Positions 24,535 to 32,000 of a DNA stretch of 32,000 bases are shown here, in pieces. How positions within the stretch are numbered: the first letter of the stretch is position 1; each line of letters starts with the position of its first letter. Source of the DNA: Nitrosarchaeum sp. (GTDB lineage: Archaea; Thermoproteota; Nitrososphaeria; Nitrososphaerales; Nitrosopumilaceae); NCBI RefSeq assembly GCF_025699065.1, contig NZ_JAILWF010000001.1, positions 25,626 through 57,625 of the forward strand, read 5' to 3'. The notes under the pieces were generated by a model that was not told where the DNA came from, did not search any database, and saw only the letters and a list, made by a program, of their open reading frames with translations. The position numbers and the translations under genes were made by a program.

Positions 24535-25329
24535 TCAATGTTTGGCGATGTTTTTGCGTCGTTTAGTAATTATAACTTCGATGACTAGTCCTGCAACCAC
24601 TACAATCAGAACTGTAACTGCAGACCAAAGTATCTGGACAATAGGATCAAATGCTTGTGTCATAGGTGTAGTGTCCATCATTGGTGATGATTTCATCATT
24701 GTATCTGCAGATTCTCCTGTCATTCTTGCCATCTCGTCTACTGGTACTGATTCCATTGCTACGTCTGCAGACTCTTCTGGAATTGACTTGAATGCCATCT
24801 CTGGAACATCTGGCGGCATTGATGTATTTGCCGACATATCTCCATCTGGCATCACGTTTCCTTTTTGAATTAGTTGAGATGAAAACCATGCAGCAATTGA
24901 TGCGCCACCAAGTGTTGCCAGTCTGTGAATTCTAGTAAATGAATTAAACAGTGATTTGCTCTTTTTTGCAGGCTCTGACATCATTGCAGGCAAGATGACT
25001 ATTGCAAGCTTGTCCACGGTGTAAAATTTCATGTCATGAGACTTTGTGTTTTTTCCAATGTTGGTAATCTTTACTACTCCTGCATCCTGCATCTTTTTTA
25101 AATGATAAATTACAAGTGGCAATGAGATTTCTGTCTTTTGTGATATTTGATTTGCAGTTAAGGAATCATTAAATAAAATTTTTAAAATTGCCCTGCTAGA
25201 ATCTGAGCTGAGTATCTCGCCAATTGATTTTAGCTTTGAATCCTCGGTGGATAAAATTTCGACTCTGTCTGCAATACCTATTGTATCTCCCTCAGTATCT
25301 TTTAGAGCATCTCCAGTTTCGTCTTTCAT
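24535..25329 (-). CDS. ArsR-like wHTH regulator with Met-rich segment and C-terminal TM helix
   Basis: SRAILKILFNDSLTANQISQKTEISLPLVIYHLKKMQDAGVV is an ArsR-type HTH. Residues 160-223 contain 12 Met plus many D/E/P. Residues ~229-254 are strongly hydrophobic and are followed by KRRKNIAKH. Confidence 0.7.
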   Translation of the reverse strand: MKDETGDALKDTEGDTIGIADRVEILSTEDSKLKSIGEILSSDSSRAILKILFNDSLTANQISQKTEISLPLVIYHLKKMQDAGVVKITNIGKNTKSHDMKFYTVDKLAIVILPAMMSEPAKKSKSLFNSFTRIHRLATLGGASIAAWFSSQLIQKGNVMPDGDMSANTSMPPDVPEMAFKSIPEESADVAMESVPVDEMARMTGESADTMMKSSPMMDTTPMTQAFDPIVQILWSAVTVLIVVVAGLVIEVIITKRRKNIAKH

Positions 25330-25421
25330 TGAACCAATAAAATTTTGAATCTCTTAATAATGCTTGTCGTTAAATTGAAATTTAATCAAACCTTATCTAC
25401 AAAATTATTCATTGTATAATC

Positions 25422-26207
25422 ATGAAACATTCAAAACGAATCTTTACAGCCATGATTGCTGTACTGGTAGTCTCTGTTACTGTGGGTGCAATCTCTGTTA
25501 CCCCAAATGCAGTAGCTCAAGAAGAAGTCACTCCTTTTCCATCAAGGGAAAAAGTGATCTCAGTTACCGGTAATGCAATCTCAAGCGTAAAGCCAAACCT
25601 TGCAAACATTAGTTTTGGTGTTGAAATTCAAGAAAAAACTGCCAAAGATGCACTGGCTTCAAATTCTGAATTGATGAACAAAGTGATTGCTGCAATAAAA
25701 CAAGTAGGAATCACTGATTCGGAGATCAGTACATCCCAGTTTAACATCTATCCTGTATATGATAATTATCAGGACAAGGAGACTGGAAGATATACCCAAG
25801 AACTAATTGGATATAGAGTAAGCAACATCGTTCATGTTGAAACTCAGAAGCTTAACAGTTTAGCTGCTATAATTGACAGCGCAGTTGAGGCAGGTGTGAA
25901 CAGAGTAGATAGCGTATACTTTTCACTATCTCCAGAACTTGCATCAAATCTCAAAGATGAACTTTTAGAAGAAGCAGTTCTCAATGCAAAGTCAAAAGCT
26001 GAAATGGCACTCGCTCCACTAAATTACAAGATAATTGGAGTAAAGGCAGTCTCTTTATCTGAATTTTCAATACCATACCCAATGCCAATGTACGACATGG
26101 CATATGGTGAGGGAATTGCAAAATCCTCAGCCCCTACACCAATATTTTCATCTGACCAAGATGTCAATACAAGTGTAAACGTTGTCTTCCTAATTGGAAG
26201 CAACTAA
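25422..26207 (+). CDS. SIMPL (DUF541) domain secreted protein
   Basis: Signal-anchor MKHSKRIFTAMIAVLVVSVTVGAISV. Then ISVTGNAISSVKPNLANISFGVEIQEKTAKDALASNSELMNKVIAAIKQVGI..., the typical SIMPL domain opening. Confidence 0.75.
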   Translation: MKHSKRIFTAMIAVLVVSVTVGAISVTPNAVAQEEVTPFPSREKVISVTGNAISSVKPNLANISFGVEIQEKTAKDALASNSELMNKVIAAIKQVGITDSEISTSQFNIYPVYDNYQDKETGRYTQELIGYRVSNIVHVETQKLNSLAAIIDSAVEAGVNRVDSVYFSLSPELASNLKDELLEEAVLNAKSKAEMALAPLNYKIIGVKAVSLSEFSIPYPMPMYDMAYGEGIAKSSAPTPIFSSDQDVNTSVNVVFLIGSN

Positions 26208-26208
26208 C

Positions 26209-26223
26209 TTTTTTTCTTTTTTT
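26209..26223 (+). terminator. Oligo-T tract T7-C-T7 immediately after the SIMPL gene stop
   Basis: TTTTTTTCTTTTTTT read directly from the sequence. Archaeal intrinsic termination uses oligo-T tracts. Confidence 0.45.
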
Positions 26224-26476
26224 AATCGTCTATGCTTCCGCCCTGTCCGAACAAGACTGGCATGGTGTACGTGCTTGTAATATTTTCCATCTTTCTTAGA
26301 ATCTCTACAAATCTATCTAGTCCAAATTCTGCATCATGTTCTACTTTGAGAAAAATATCGTATTTGCCCCAAATGCCATTTACTTCAATTACTCCCTTTA
26401 TGCTTCTTAGGTGAGTGATTACCTCCTTTTCATGTCCTGGGTTGCAAGTAAGCAAAATGTAAGTTTGCAATACCAT
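26222..26476 (-). CDS. Stand-alone Lrp/AsnC ligand-binding (RAM) domain protein
   Basis: 84 aa. Follows the RAM-domain pattern YILLTCNPGHEKEVITHLRSIKGVIEVNGIWGKYDIFLKVE. No HTH is present. Confidence 0.7.
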   Translation of the reverse strand: MVLQTYILLTCNPGHEKEVITHLRSIKGVIEVNGIWGKYDIFLKVEHDAEFGLDRFVEILRKMENITSTYTMPVLFGQGGSIDD

Positions 26477-26501
26477 AGTATTGTTGTCTTTATGATATAA
26501 T

Positions 26502-26687
26502 CTATCTGTTATTTTTTAATTTGAATATTGTTGCTTTAGTTTCTCCAATCAGAACTGTCTTTACAGATTCTGAATGAAACCAGCAAAGATTCTCATTTGA
26601 TAAACATTTGTAACACTTTACAATGGAATCAAGTGATCTTGATAGTTCCTCGTTTCTTAATGAATCGTTTTCAAACGAATAGCTCAT
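26502..26687 (-). CDS. Mini-protein (61 aa) with CxxC-x6-CxxH motif
   Basis: Contains CYKCLSNENLCWFH. It lies upstream of, and co-directional with, the RAM-domain gene. Confidence 0.4.
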   Translation of the reverse strand: MSYSFENDSLRNEELSRSLDSIVKCYKCLSNENLCWFHSESVKTVLIGETKATIFKLKNNR

Positions 26688-26831
26688 ACTTTAGTATGGT
26701 GAGTATCGGCATTTAACTAGATGTCATTTTCTATAGTCACAGACGATTTTAGAAATTCCCGTAATTGGGATTTTTTTGCATGCGATCATTATTCATAAAC
26801 CCTTAAGTTCATACACTTTTTTAAAAAATTA

Positions 26832-27044
26832 TTGAAATCAGCCACAGTTATCGTGTATGTTCTTGGGGCACTCGCTATTTTGGGAGTATTGGCAGGACTG
26901 CATCAAATTGTGACATATCAAGCTGAAATCGCATTTGAGGATTTTGAGTCAAAACAAAAATTATCTGATGCCAAAGAAAAGCCAACCCCAAAACCGGTAA
27001 TAGAAAACAAGACAGCTGTAGAAGCTGAAAAAACGATTCCTTGA
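26832..27044 (+). CDS. Small N-terminally anchored membrane protein (70 aa)
   Basis: TTG start. TM helix VIVYVLGALAILGVLAGL followed by a charged tail. Confidence 0.45.
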   Translation: MKSATVIVYVLGALAILGVLAGLHQIVTYQAEIAFEDFESKQKLSDAKEKPTPKPVIENKTAVEAEKTIP

Positions 27045-27087
27045 AATCTTGTAGGAAGATAGATTAACCTCTTTTTGATTTTCCAAC

Positions 27088-27354
27088 GTGTTGGCTGTCT
27101 TTAATGTTCATGTAACAATTGAAAACAAACCCGGCATCAGCGATCCTGAGGGTGAGACAATTCTAAATGACTTGGTACTAAAAGGCGGGGACTCTTCAAT
27201 ATCTAAAATAAAGACTGCAAAGATGCTAAAATTTACAATTAAAGAAAAAGACAAAAAATCTGCACAATCAAAGGTTCAGAAAATATGTGACGAACTAAGA
27301 ATCTACAATCCAATGGTAAGCAAAGTCACAATTGATGTCTTTGATGCATCCTAA
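27088..27354 (+). CDS. purS: Phosphoribosylformylglycinamidine synthase subunit PurS
   Basis: 88 aa. V.V.IENKPGISDPEGETILNDL matches the PurS signature (K.GV.DP.G). It sits immediately upstream of purQ and purL. Confidence 0.85.
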   Translation: MLAVFNVHVTIENKPGISDPEGETILNDLVLKGGDSSISKIKTAKMLKFTIKEKDKKSAQSKVQKICDELRIYNPMVSKVTIDVFDAS

Positions 27355-27383
27355 ATTGCAAACAGCGATCTACTAATTGTTGA

Positions 27384-27397
27384 TTTTTGGGTTTTTT
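27384..27397 (+). terminator. T5-GGG-T6 tract in the purS-purQ spacer
   Basis: TTTTTGGGTTTTTT read directly from the sequence, 30 nt after the purS stop. Confidence 0.3.
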
Positions 27398-27410
27398 GAC
27401 TAGACTCAAA

Positions 27411-27418
27411 TTAAATAT
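27411..27418 (+). promoter_or_regulatory. TATA-like element TTAAATAT upstream of purQ
   Basis: It lies 21-28 nt upstream of the purQ GTG start at 27439. That spacing would give a leaderless or near-leaderless transcript. Confidence 0.3.
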
Positions 27419-27438
27419 CTCTGTCGATAAATCAAAGT

Positions 27439-28119
27439 GTGAAGGTAGGGGTAATAGTTTTTCCAGGAAGTAATTGCGATCGTGACATGTATCATGTGTT
27501 AACTGATGTTTTTAATCTGGATGCCCAGTATTTTTGGCATGAAAAAGGATTGCCAAAAAACATTGATGCTGTAATTCTTCCAGGTGGATTTTCTTATGGT
27601 GACAGGTTAAGGTCTGGGGCAATTGCAGCTCATAGTCCTATAATTAATGATGTGAGAAAGATGGCTGACAAAGGAATCCCTATTTTGGGCGTATGCAACG
27701 GATTCCAAATTCTAGTTGAGGCAGGCTTGCTTCCAGGTGCATTGCTCAAAAACACTTCGCTGAATTTTATGTGTGGCTGGACTAATTTGATAGTTGAAAA
27801 CAACAAGACTCCATTTACAAACAAATTGAAACTAAATCAAAAGATTCCCATCCCAATTGCAAATGGCGAGGGCAGATATTACGTCGATGATGATACGCTA
27901 AAAAAATTAAAGAAAAATAATCAAATTGTTTTTAGATACGAGCAAGTGATAAACGGCTCAACTGATAGAATAGCCGGCGTTTGCAACGAGGATGGAAATG
28001 TTGTTGGCATGATGCCTCATCCAGAAAGAGCAGCAGAATCTGCAATTAATCCAATTGACAATAAACCGTCTTCTCTAATTTTTGAATCACTGATTAAAAC
28101 AATTGGTGTTAAAAGTTGA
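27439..28119 (+). CDS. purQ: Phosphoribosylformylglycinamidine synthase glutaminase subunit PurQ
   Basis: Begins VIVFPGSNCDRD. The catalytic Cys is in GVCNGFQIL and the His/Glu in MMPHPER. Confidence 0.93.
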   Translation: MKVGVIVFPGSNCDRDMYHVLTDVFNLDAQYFWHEKGLPKNIDAVILPGGFSYGDRLRSGAIAAHSPIINDVRKMADKGIPILGVCNGFQILVEAGLLPGALLKNTSLNFMCGWTNLIVENNKTPFTNKLKLNQKIPIPIANGEGRYYVDDDTLKKLKKNNQIVFRYEQVINGSTDRIAGVCNEDGNVVGMMPHPERAAESAINPIDNKPSSLIFESLIKTIGVKS

Positions 28120-30281
28120 GTCTAGAACCCCAAGAACTAGATGACCTTACATCTAAGATTGGACGAAAGCCGACATCCACAGAATTACAAATTGTAGCTG
28201 CTGAATGGTCAGAGCACTGCTCATACAAGTCATCAAAGAAACATCTCAAAATGTTACCAATGAAAGGACCTTTAGTAATTTCTGAAAAGGGATATGATTC
28301 AGGAGTTCTTGATGTTGGAGATGGCTATGTAATTACAGCTCACATTGAAAGTCACAACCATCCATCTGCAGTTGAGCCTTATGGTGGTGCTGCAACTGGT
28401 GTTGGTGGTGTTATCCGAGATATCTTGTCTGCTGGAACCAGACCCATTGCAATCTTTGATGGTCTGAGGTTTGGAGACATTGAAAAAGACTTGCAAGCAA
28501 GATGGCTTTTTAAAAATGCAGTTACCGGAATTGCAGATTATGGAAACTGTCTTGGAATTCCAACAATTGGTGGTGAGGTTGAATTTGATCAATGCTATAC
28601 AAATTACGCCCTAGTTGATGTTGCAGCAATTGGGTTTGGCAAGAAATCAAATCTGATAAAAAATCATGCCAAAAAAGGCGACATTGTCGTATTACTTGGC
28701 GGCTCTACTGGACGAGACGGAATAGGCGGCTCTCAGTTTGCATCTGATTCTTTAGAGTCTGAAAACAGATCAGCAGTACAAATCCCAGATCCATTTATTG
28801 AAAAATTAATCATTGAGGCAATTCTTGAGGCAAGAAATCAGAAACTAATTCATGCAATGAAGGACCTTGGTGGCGGTGGACTGTCATGTGCAGTTTCTGA
28901 AACTGCCGATGCCCTATCTATTGGAATTGAGATGGATGTAAACAAGGTTCACACCAGAGAGTCTGACATGAACCCCGATGAGATAATGGTATCTGAATCT
29001 CAGGAGAGAATGCTAATTGTTACAAATAAAGAGAAACTAAAAAAACTGCAAGAAATCTGCAAGAAATTTCGCATATCTTGTTCTGTAATTGGTCATGTAA
29101 CTTTTGATAATATGATGCATGTAAAGCAAGGCAGCAAGACATGTGCAAACCTTCCAACTGACGTTGTTGCAAATGCCAAGCTTTTAGACAGACCATCAAA
29201 AAAACCCGCATATCTAGAAAAGATAGAACAAGAAAAGAAACTCAAACCAATTTCTGATTATTCAAAAATGATGATGAAATTTCTTGCATCTCCAAACATT
29301 GCTAGCAAAATTTGGGTGTATGGCCAATATGATCATGAGGTAGGAATTAGAACTGTTGTAAAACCTGGCAAGGATGCTTCTGTTCTTAGATTAGATAATG
29401 GTAAATTTTTGTCTGCAAAAATTGATGGAAATCCAAAGCATTGCTACATCAATCCAAGGGAGGGTGCCATCGGGTGCTTTGAAGAAGCATGCAGAAATGT
29501 TGTCTGTACTGGTGCAAAACCAATTGGAATGCTTGATCATTTGCAGTTTGGAAATCCAGAAGATCCTGAAATCTTTTGGACATTTTTAGAATCATTAAAA
29601 GGAATTACTGATTTTGCAAAATACTTTGAAATTCCATGTGTTGGCGGAAAGGTCAGTCTGTACAATGAGACTCCAACTGGTCCGATAAAGCCTACCCCTA
29701 TAATTGGAATCTTGGGCTTGATTGACAAGGCACCACTGTTCTCTCATAAGATAGATGCTGGTGATACTCTTGTGATAATTGGAGATACTAAAGATGAGAT
29801 GGGTGGCTCTGAATATTTTGAGTATGTCCACAAGTTTGTTGGCGGAAAATGTCCAGTTGTAAATTTTGCAGAATCAAAATCTCACATGGATGTGGTGTTG
29901 AATGTGATTGGTAAAGGACTGCTAAAGGCAACACATGATTGCTCCAAAGGCGGCCTTGCAGTTGCCGTTTCAGAACTTTGCATGACCTATCAAATTGGAT
30001 GCAACGTATCACTTGAAAAGATACCTGGCCCAAAACTTGAAGTTGACAGAGTATTGTTTTCTGAAACTCATTCAAGATATCTCCTAGTTGTAGACAAGAA
30101 AAATCTCAAAAAACTAGATGATATTCTCAAAAAAAGCAAAGTATCTTACAAAATGATTGGAACATTTGGCGGTGAAAACATCAAACTAAACAAAGCAAAC
30201 AAACCGATCATAGATCTAAGAGTTGATAAGGCTCAAAAAACTTGGTTTAATTCGTTAAGGGAGTTGGTAGTTCATGGTTAA
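28116..30281 (+). CDS. purL: Phosphoribosylformylglycinamidine synthase subunit PurL
   Basis: 721 aa. Contains SEHCSYKSSK, ESHNHPSAVEPYGGAATGVGGVIRD and duplicated AIR-synthase-like domains. The TTG start overlaps the purQ stop (TTGA). Confidence 0.95.
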   Translation: MSLEPQELDDLTSKIGRKPTSTELQIVAAEWSEHCSYKSSKKHLKMLPMKGPLVISEKGYDSGVLDVGDGYVITAHIESHNHPSAVEPYGGAATGVGGVIRDILSAGTRPIAIFDGLRFGDIEKDLQARWLFKNAVTGIADYGNCLGIPTIGGEVEFDQCYTNYALVDVAAIGFGKKSNLIKNHAKKGDIVVLLGGSTGRDGIGGSQFASDSLESENRSAVQIPDPFIEKLIIEAILEARNQKLIHAMKDLGGGGLSCAVSETADALSIGIEMDVNKVHTRESDMNPDEIMVSESQERMLIVTNKEKLKKLQEICKKFRISCSVIGHVTFDNMMHVKQGSKTCANLPTDVVANAKLLDRPSKKPAYLEKIEQEKKLKPISDYSKMMMKFLASPNIASKIWVYGQYDHEVGIRTVVKPGKDASVLRLDNGKFLSAKIDGNPKHCYINPREGAIGCFEEACRNVVCTGAKPIGMLDHLQFGNPEDPEIFWTFLESLKGITDFAKYFEIPCVGGKVSLYNETPTGPIKPTPIIGILGLIDKAPLFSHKIDAGDTLVIIGDTKDEMGGSEYFEYVHKFVGGKCPVVNFAESKSHMDVVLNVIGKGLLKATHDCSKGGLAVAVSELCMTYQIGCNVSLEKIPGPKLEVDRVLFSETHSRYLLVVDKKNLKKLDDILKKSKVSYKMIGTFGGENIKLNKANKPIIDLRVDKAQKTWFNSLRELVVHG

Positions 30282-31707
30282 GGAGAATTGTGGCGTAGTT
30301 GGAATTTTTAGTCTTAGTGGAACTAATGTTGTTCCGATGGCAATTGATGCACTAAGGGCTTTACAGCATAGAGGTCAAGAGGCTTGGGGTATCGCAATTC
30401 CAAACAAAGAACCGCTAAAAAGATTGGGGCTTGTTTCTGGAGCATCTTCAGAGTTTAAAAAAATCTGCGAGGAATATGCTTCTCCTGCAGTTATTGGTCA
30501 TGTGCGTTATTCTACAATGGGACGAAGTACTCTTGAAAATGCACAACCACTCAAAGTAAAGGATCTATGCATAGCTCATAATGGAACAATTGCAAATGTA
30601 CAAGAACTATCAAATTTGGTAGGCGGCTGTTCATTTACTCCACAAAATGCCAGTGATACTTTGGTTGCAGCACAAAGACTAGTATCATTAATTTCTGAGA
30701 ATGGCCAGATGGGAAAAGCATTATCGATTCTAAAAAATGAGATGGTTGGCTCTTATTGTTTTACATTTATCTCTGATGATAATTCAGTATTTGCAGCAAG
30801 GGATCCTAAAGGATTCAGACCAATGGTTTTGGGGTACAAAGAATCAGATGACACATACATTGTAGCATCTGAATCATCTGCGGTTTCTGCAGTTGGTGCA
30901 AAAATGCAACGCGATGTAATTCCAGGTGAGCTTATCAAACTTAGCAAAAACGGATTAGAGACTGAGAGGTTCTCAGAAGACACGTCAAGGGCTCACTGCT
31001 CTTTTGAATTTACATATTTTGCACATCCCTCAAGTAACATGGAAGGTGCAAACATCTACATATCTAGAAAAAATATTGGACGATTTTTGGCAAAGAAATT
31101 TCCAATAAGAGATGCAGACCTTGTAATCCCAGTTCCAGATTCTGCACGACCTGCAGCTTTGGGATATGCTCAAGAGTTGGGAATTACTTTTGATGAAGGA
31201 TTACTCAAAGACAGATACAGCAAGAAAGGACCACTTCGTAGTTTTATTGAACCACACCAAAGCGATAGAATTGAAATTAACAGATGGATTATTCCAATTA
31301 AAGAAATCATTGCAGGAAAACATGTAGTAGTAATCGATGATAGTCTAGTCCGGGGAACTAGCTCAAAGGCAATTATTCAAGCACTAAGACGAGCTGGTGC
31401 AAAAAAAATCAGTATGGTGATTACATACCCTCCAATCAAATTTCCATGTTATGCTGGAATTGACTTTCCCTCTCAAGATGAGTTGGCTACATTTTCTGAC
31501 GGAAAGGAGATGGATGATGTTGAATTGACTGAAATGGTGCGAAAAAGTATCGGTGCTGACTTTTTGGGGTATAATGATGCTGAAAATTTAGCAGCGGCAG
31601 TTGGAATCCCTAAAGATTCAATGTGTTTTACATGCTCGTCTGGAAACTATGACTCGCTAGGAATTACGCCAGAGTTTAAAACACGTCTTGAGATGAAGGG
31701 TGAATAA
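30274..31707 (+). CDS. purF: Amidophosphoribosyltransferase PurF
   Basis: A short propeptide precedes the catalytic Cys (MVKEN-CGVVGIF). The PRPP loop is VVVIDDSLVRGTS. Cys residues lie at positions expected for the Fe-S cluster type (AHCSFE, FPCYAGID, CFTCSSG). The start overlaps the purL stop. Confidence 0.95.
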   Translation: MVKENCGVVGIFSLSGTNVVPMAIDALRALQHRGQEAWGIAIPNKEPLKRLGLVSGASSEFKKICEEYASPAVIGHVRYSTMGRSTLENAQPLKVKDLCIAHNGTIANVQELSNLVGGCSFTPQNASDTLVAAQRLVSLISENGQMGKALSILKNEMVGSYCFTFISDDNSVFAARDPKGFRPMVLGYKESDDTYIVASESSAVSAVGAKMQRDVIPGELIKLSKNGLETERFSEDTSRAHCSFEFTYFAHPSSNMEGANIYISRKNIGRFLAKKFPIRDADLVIPVPDSARPAALGYAQELGITFDEGLLKDRYSKKGPLRSFIEPHQSDRIEINRWIIPIKEIIAGKHVVVIDDSLVRGTSSKAIIQALRRAGAKKISMVITYPPIKFPCYAGIDFPSQDELATFSDGKEMDDVELTEMVRKSIGADFLGYNDAENLAAAVGIPKDSMCFTCSSGNYDSLGITPEFKTRLEMKGE

Positions 31708-31954
31708 GTTGGAAACCGCATATGTTCTAGTAAAAAGTCAGGTAGCCCATGAGATGGACGTAATGGGTGAGTTGCTAAAAATTGATAATGTAAAAGAGGC
31801 AAGAGGAACATTTGGTGTTTATGATATTTTTGTCAAAGTAGAGGCAAAGACATCAAAAGAACTAGAAGACACAATTACAAAAAATATTAGAAAAGTAAAA
31901 CACGTAATTTCTACTACTACTTTGTCAGTAATCCCAGAACAAGACAAAAAATAA
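31700..31954 (+). CDS. Stand-alone Lrp/AsnC ligand-binding (RAM) domain protein, overlapping purF
   Basis: 84 aa. AYVLVKSQVAHEMDVMGELLKIDNVKEARGTFGVYDIFVKVEA fits the RAM-domain pattern. The GTG start at 31700 lies 8 nt inside purF; an alternative TTG at 31709 lies 2 nt after the purF stop. Confidence 0.7.
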   Translation: MNKLETAYVLVKSQVAHEMDVMGELLKIDNVKEARGTFGVYDIFVKVEAKTSKELEDTITKNIRKVKHVISTTTLSVIPEQDKK

Positions 31955-32000
31955 TTTTGGTCTTTCTTTAAATATTGTTTTTAATGAAATTATATCATGA

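Noticed and set aside
24542-24889. ORFs 24542..24868 (+) and 24647..24889 (-)
   Set aside because: They overlap the ArsR-like gene in other frames. The chosen frame has the HTH and TM features.
25370-25385. Inverted repeat TTAAATT-GA-AATTTAA in the divergent promoter between the ArsR-like gene and the SIMPL gene
   Set aside because: The arms are entirely A/T, so such a repeat is expected often by chance in AT-rich intergenic DNA. It may simply be a TATA box. It is not strong enough to call an operator.

Overview
AT-rich, very gene-dense archaeal chromosome segment. By inference it comes from an ammonia-oxidising thaumarchaeon (Nitrosopumilus-like), based on aEF-2, archaeal-type PurP, a blue copper protein with a PEFG-type C-terminal anchor, and many lineage-specific mini-proteins. 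Confident core genes are: aEF-2 (5'-truncated at the window edge), an MgtC-family protein, a CPA2 antiporter, PurP, UbiX plus an SRPBCC protein, TatA/TatC, a SIMPL protein, and a purS-purQ-purL-purF block. The stretch from about 4.1 to 20.6 kb is mostly short hypothetical ORFs: helical or coiled-coil mini-proteins, Zn-ribbon or zinc-finger mini-proteins, two wHTH proteins and small membrane proteins. It also holds three secreted proteins and an HD-domain hydrolase. I found no rRNA, tRNA, CRISPR array, transposase, integrase or recognisable defence-type ATPase, helicase or reverse transcriptase, and no convincing new multi-gene system. The best leads are: (1) a tandem ~37-aa C-terminal module shared by two unrelated secreted proteins; (2) an ArsR-like regulator with a Met-rich segment and a C-terminal TM helix, heading a co-directional row ending in tatC-tatA; (3) two stand-alone RAM-domain proteins bracketing purSQLF, one overlapping purF; (4) a two-gene cassette with atypical codon usage ending in a PIN-like protein; (5) a 45-aa C2H2 zinc-finger ORF missing from the ORF track. 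All functional calls rest on motif recognition by eye; no searches were run.
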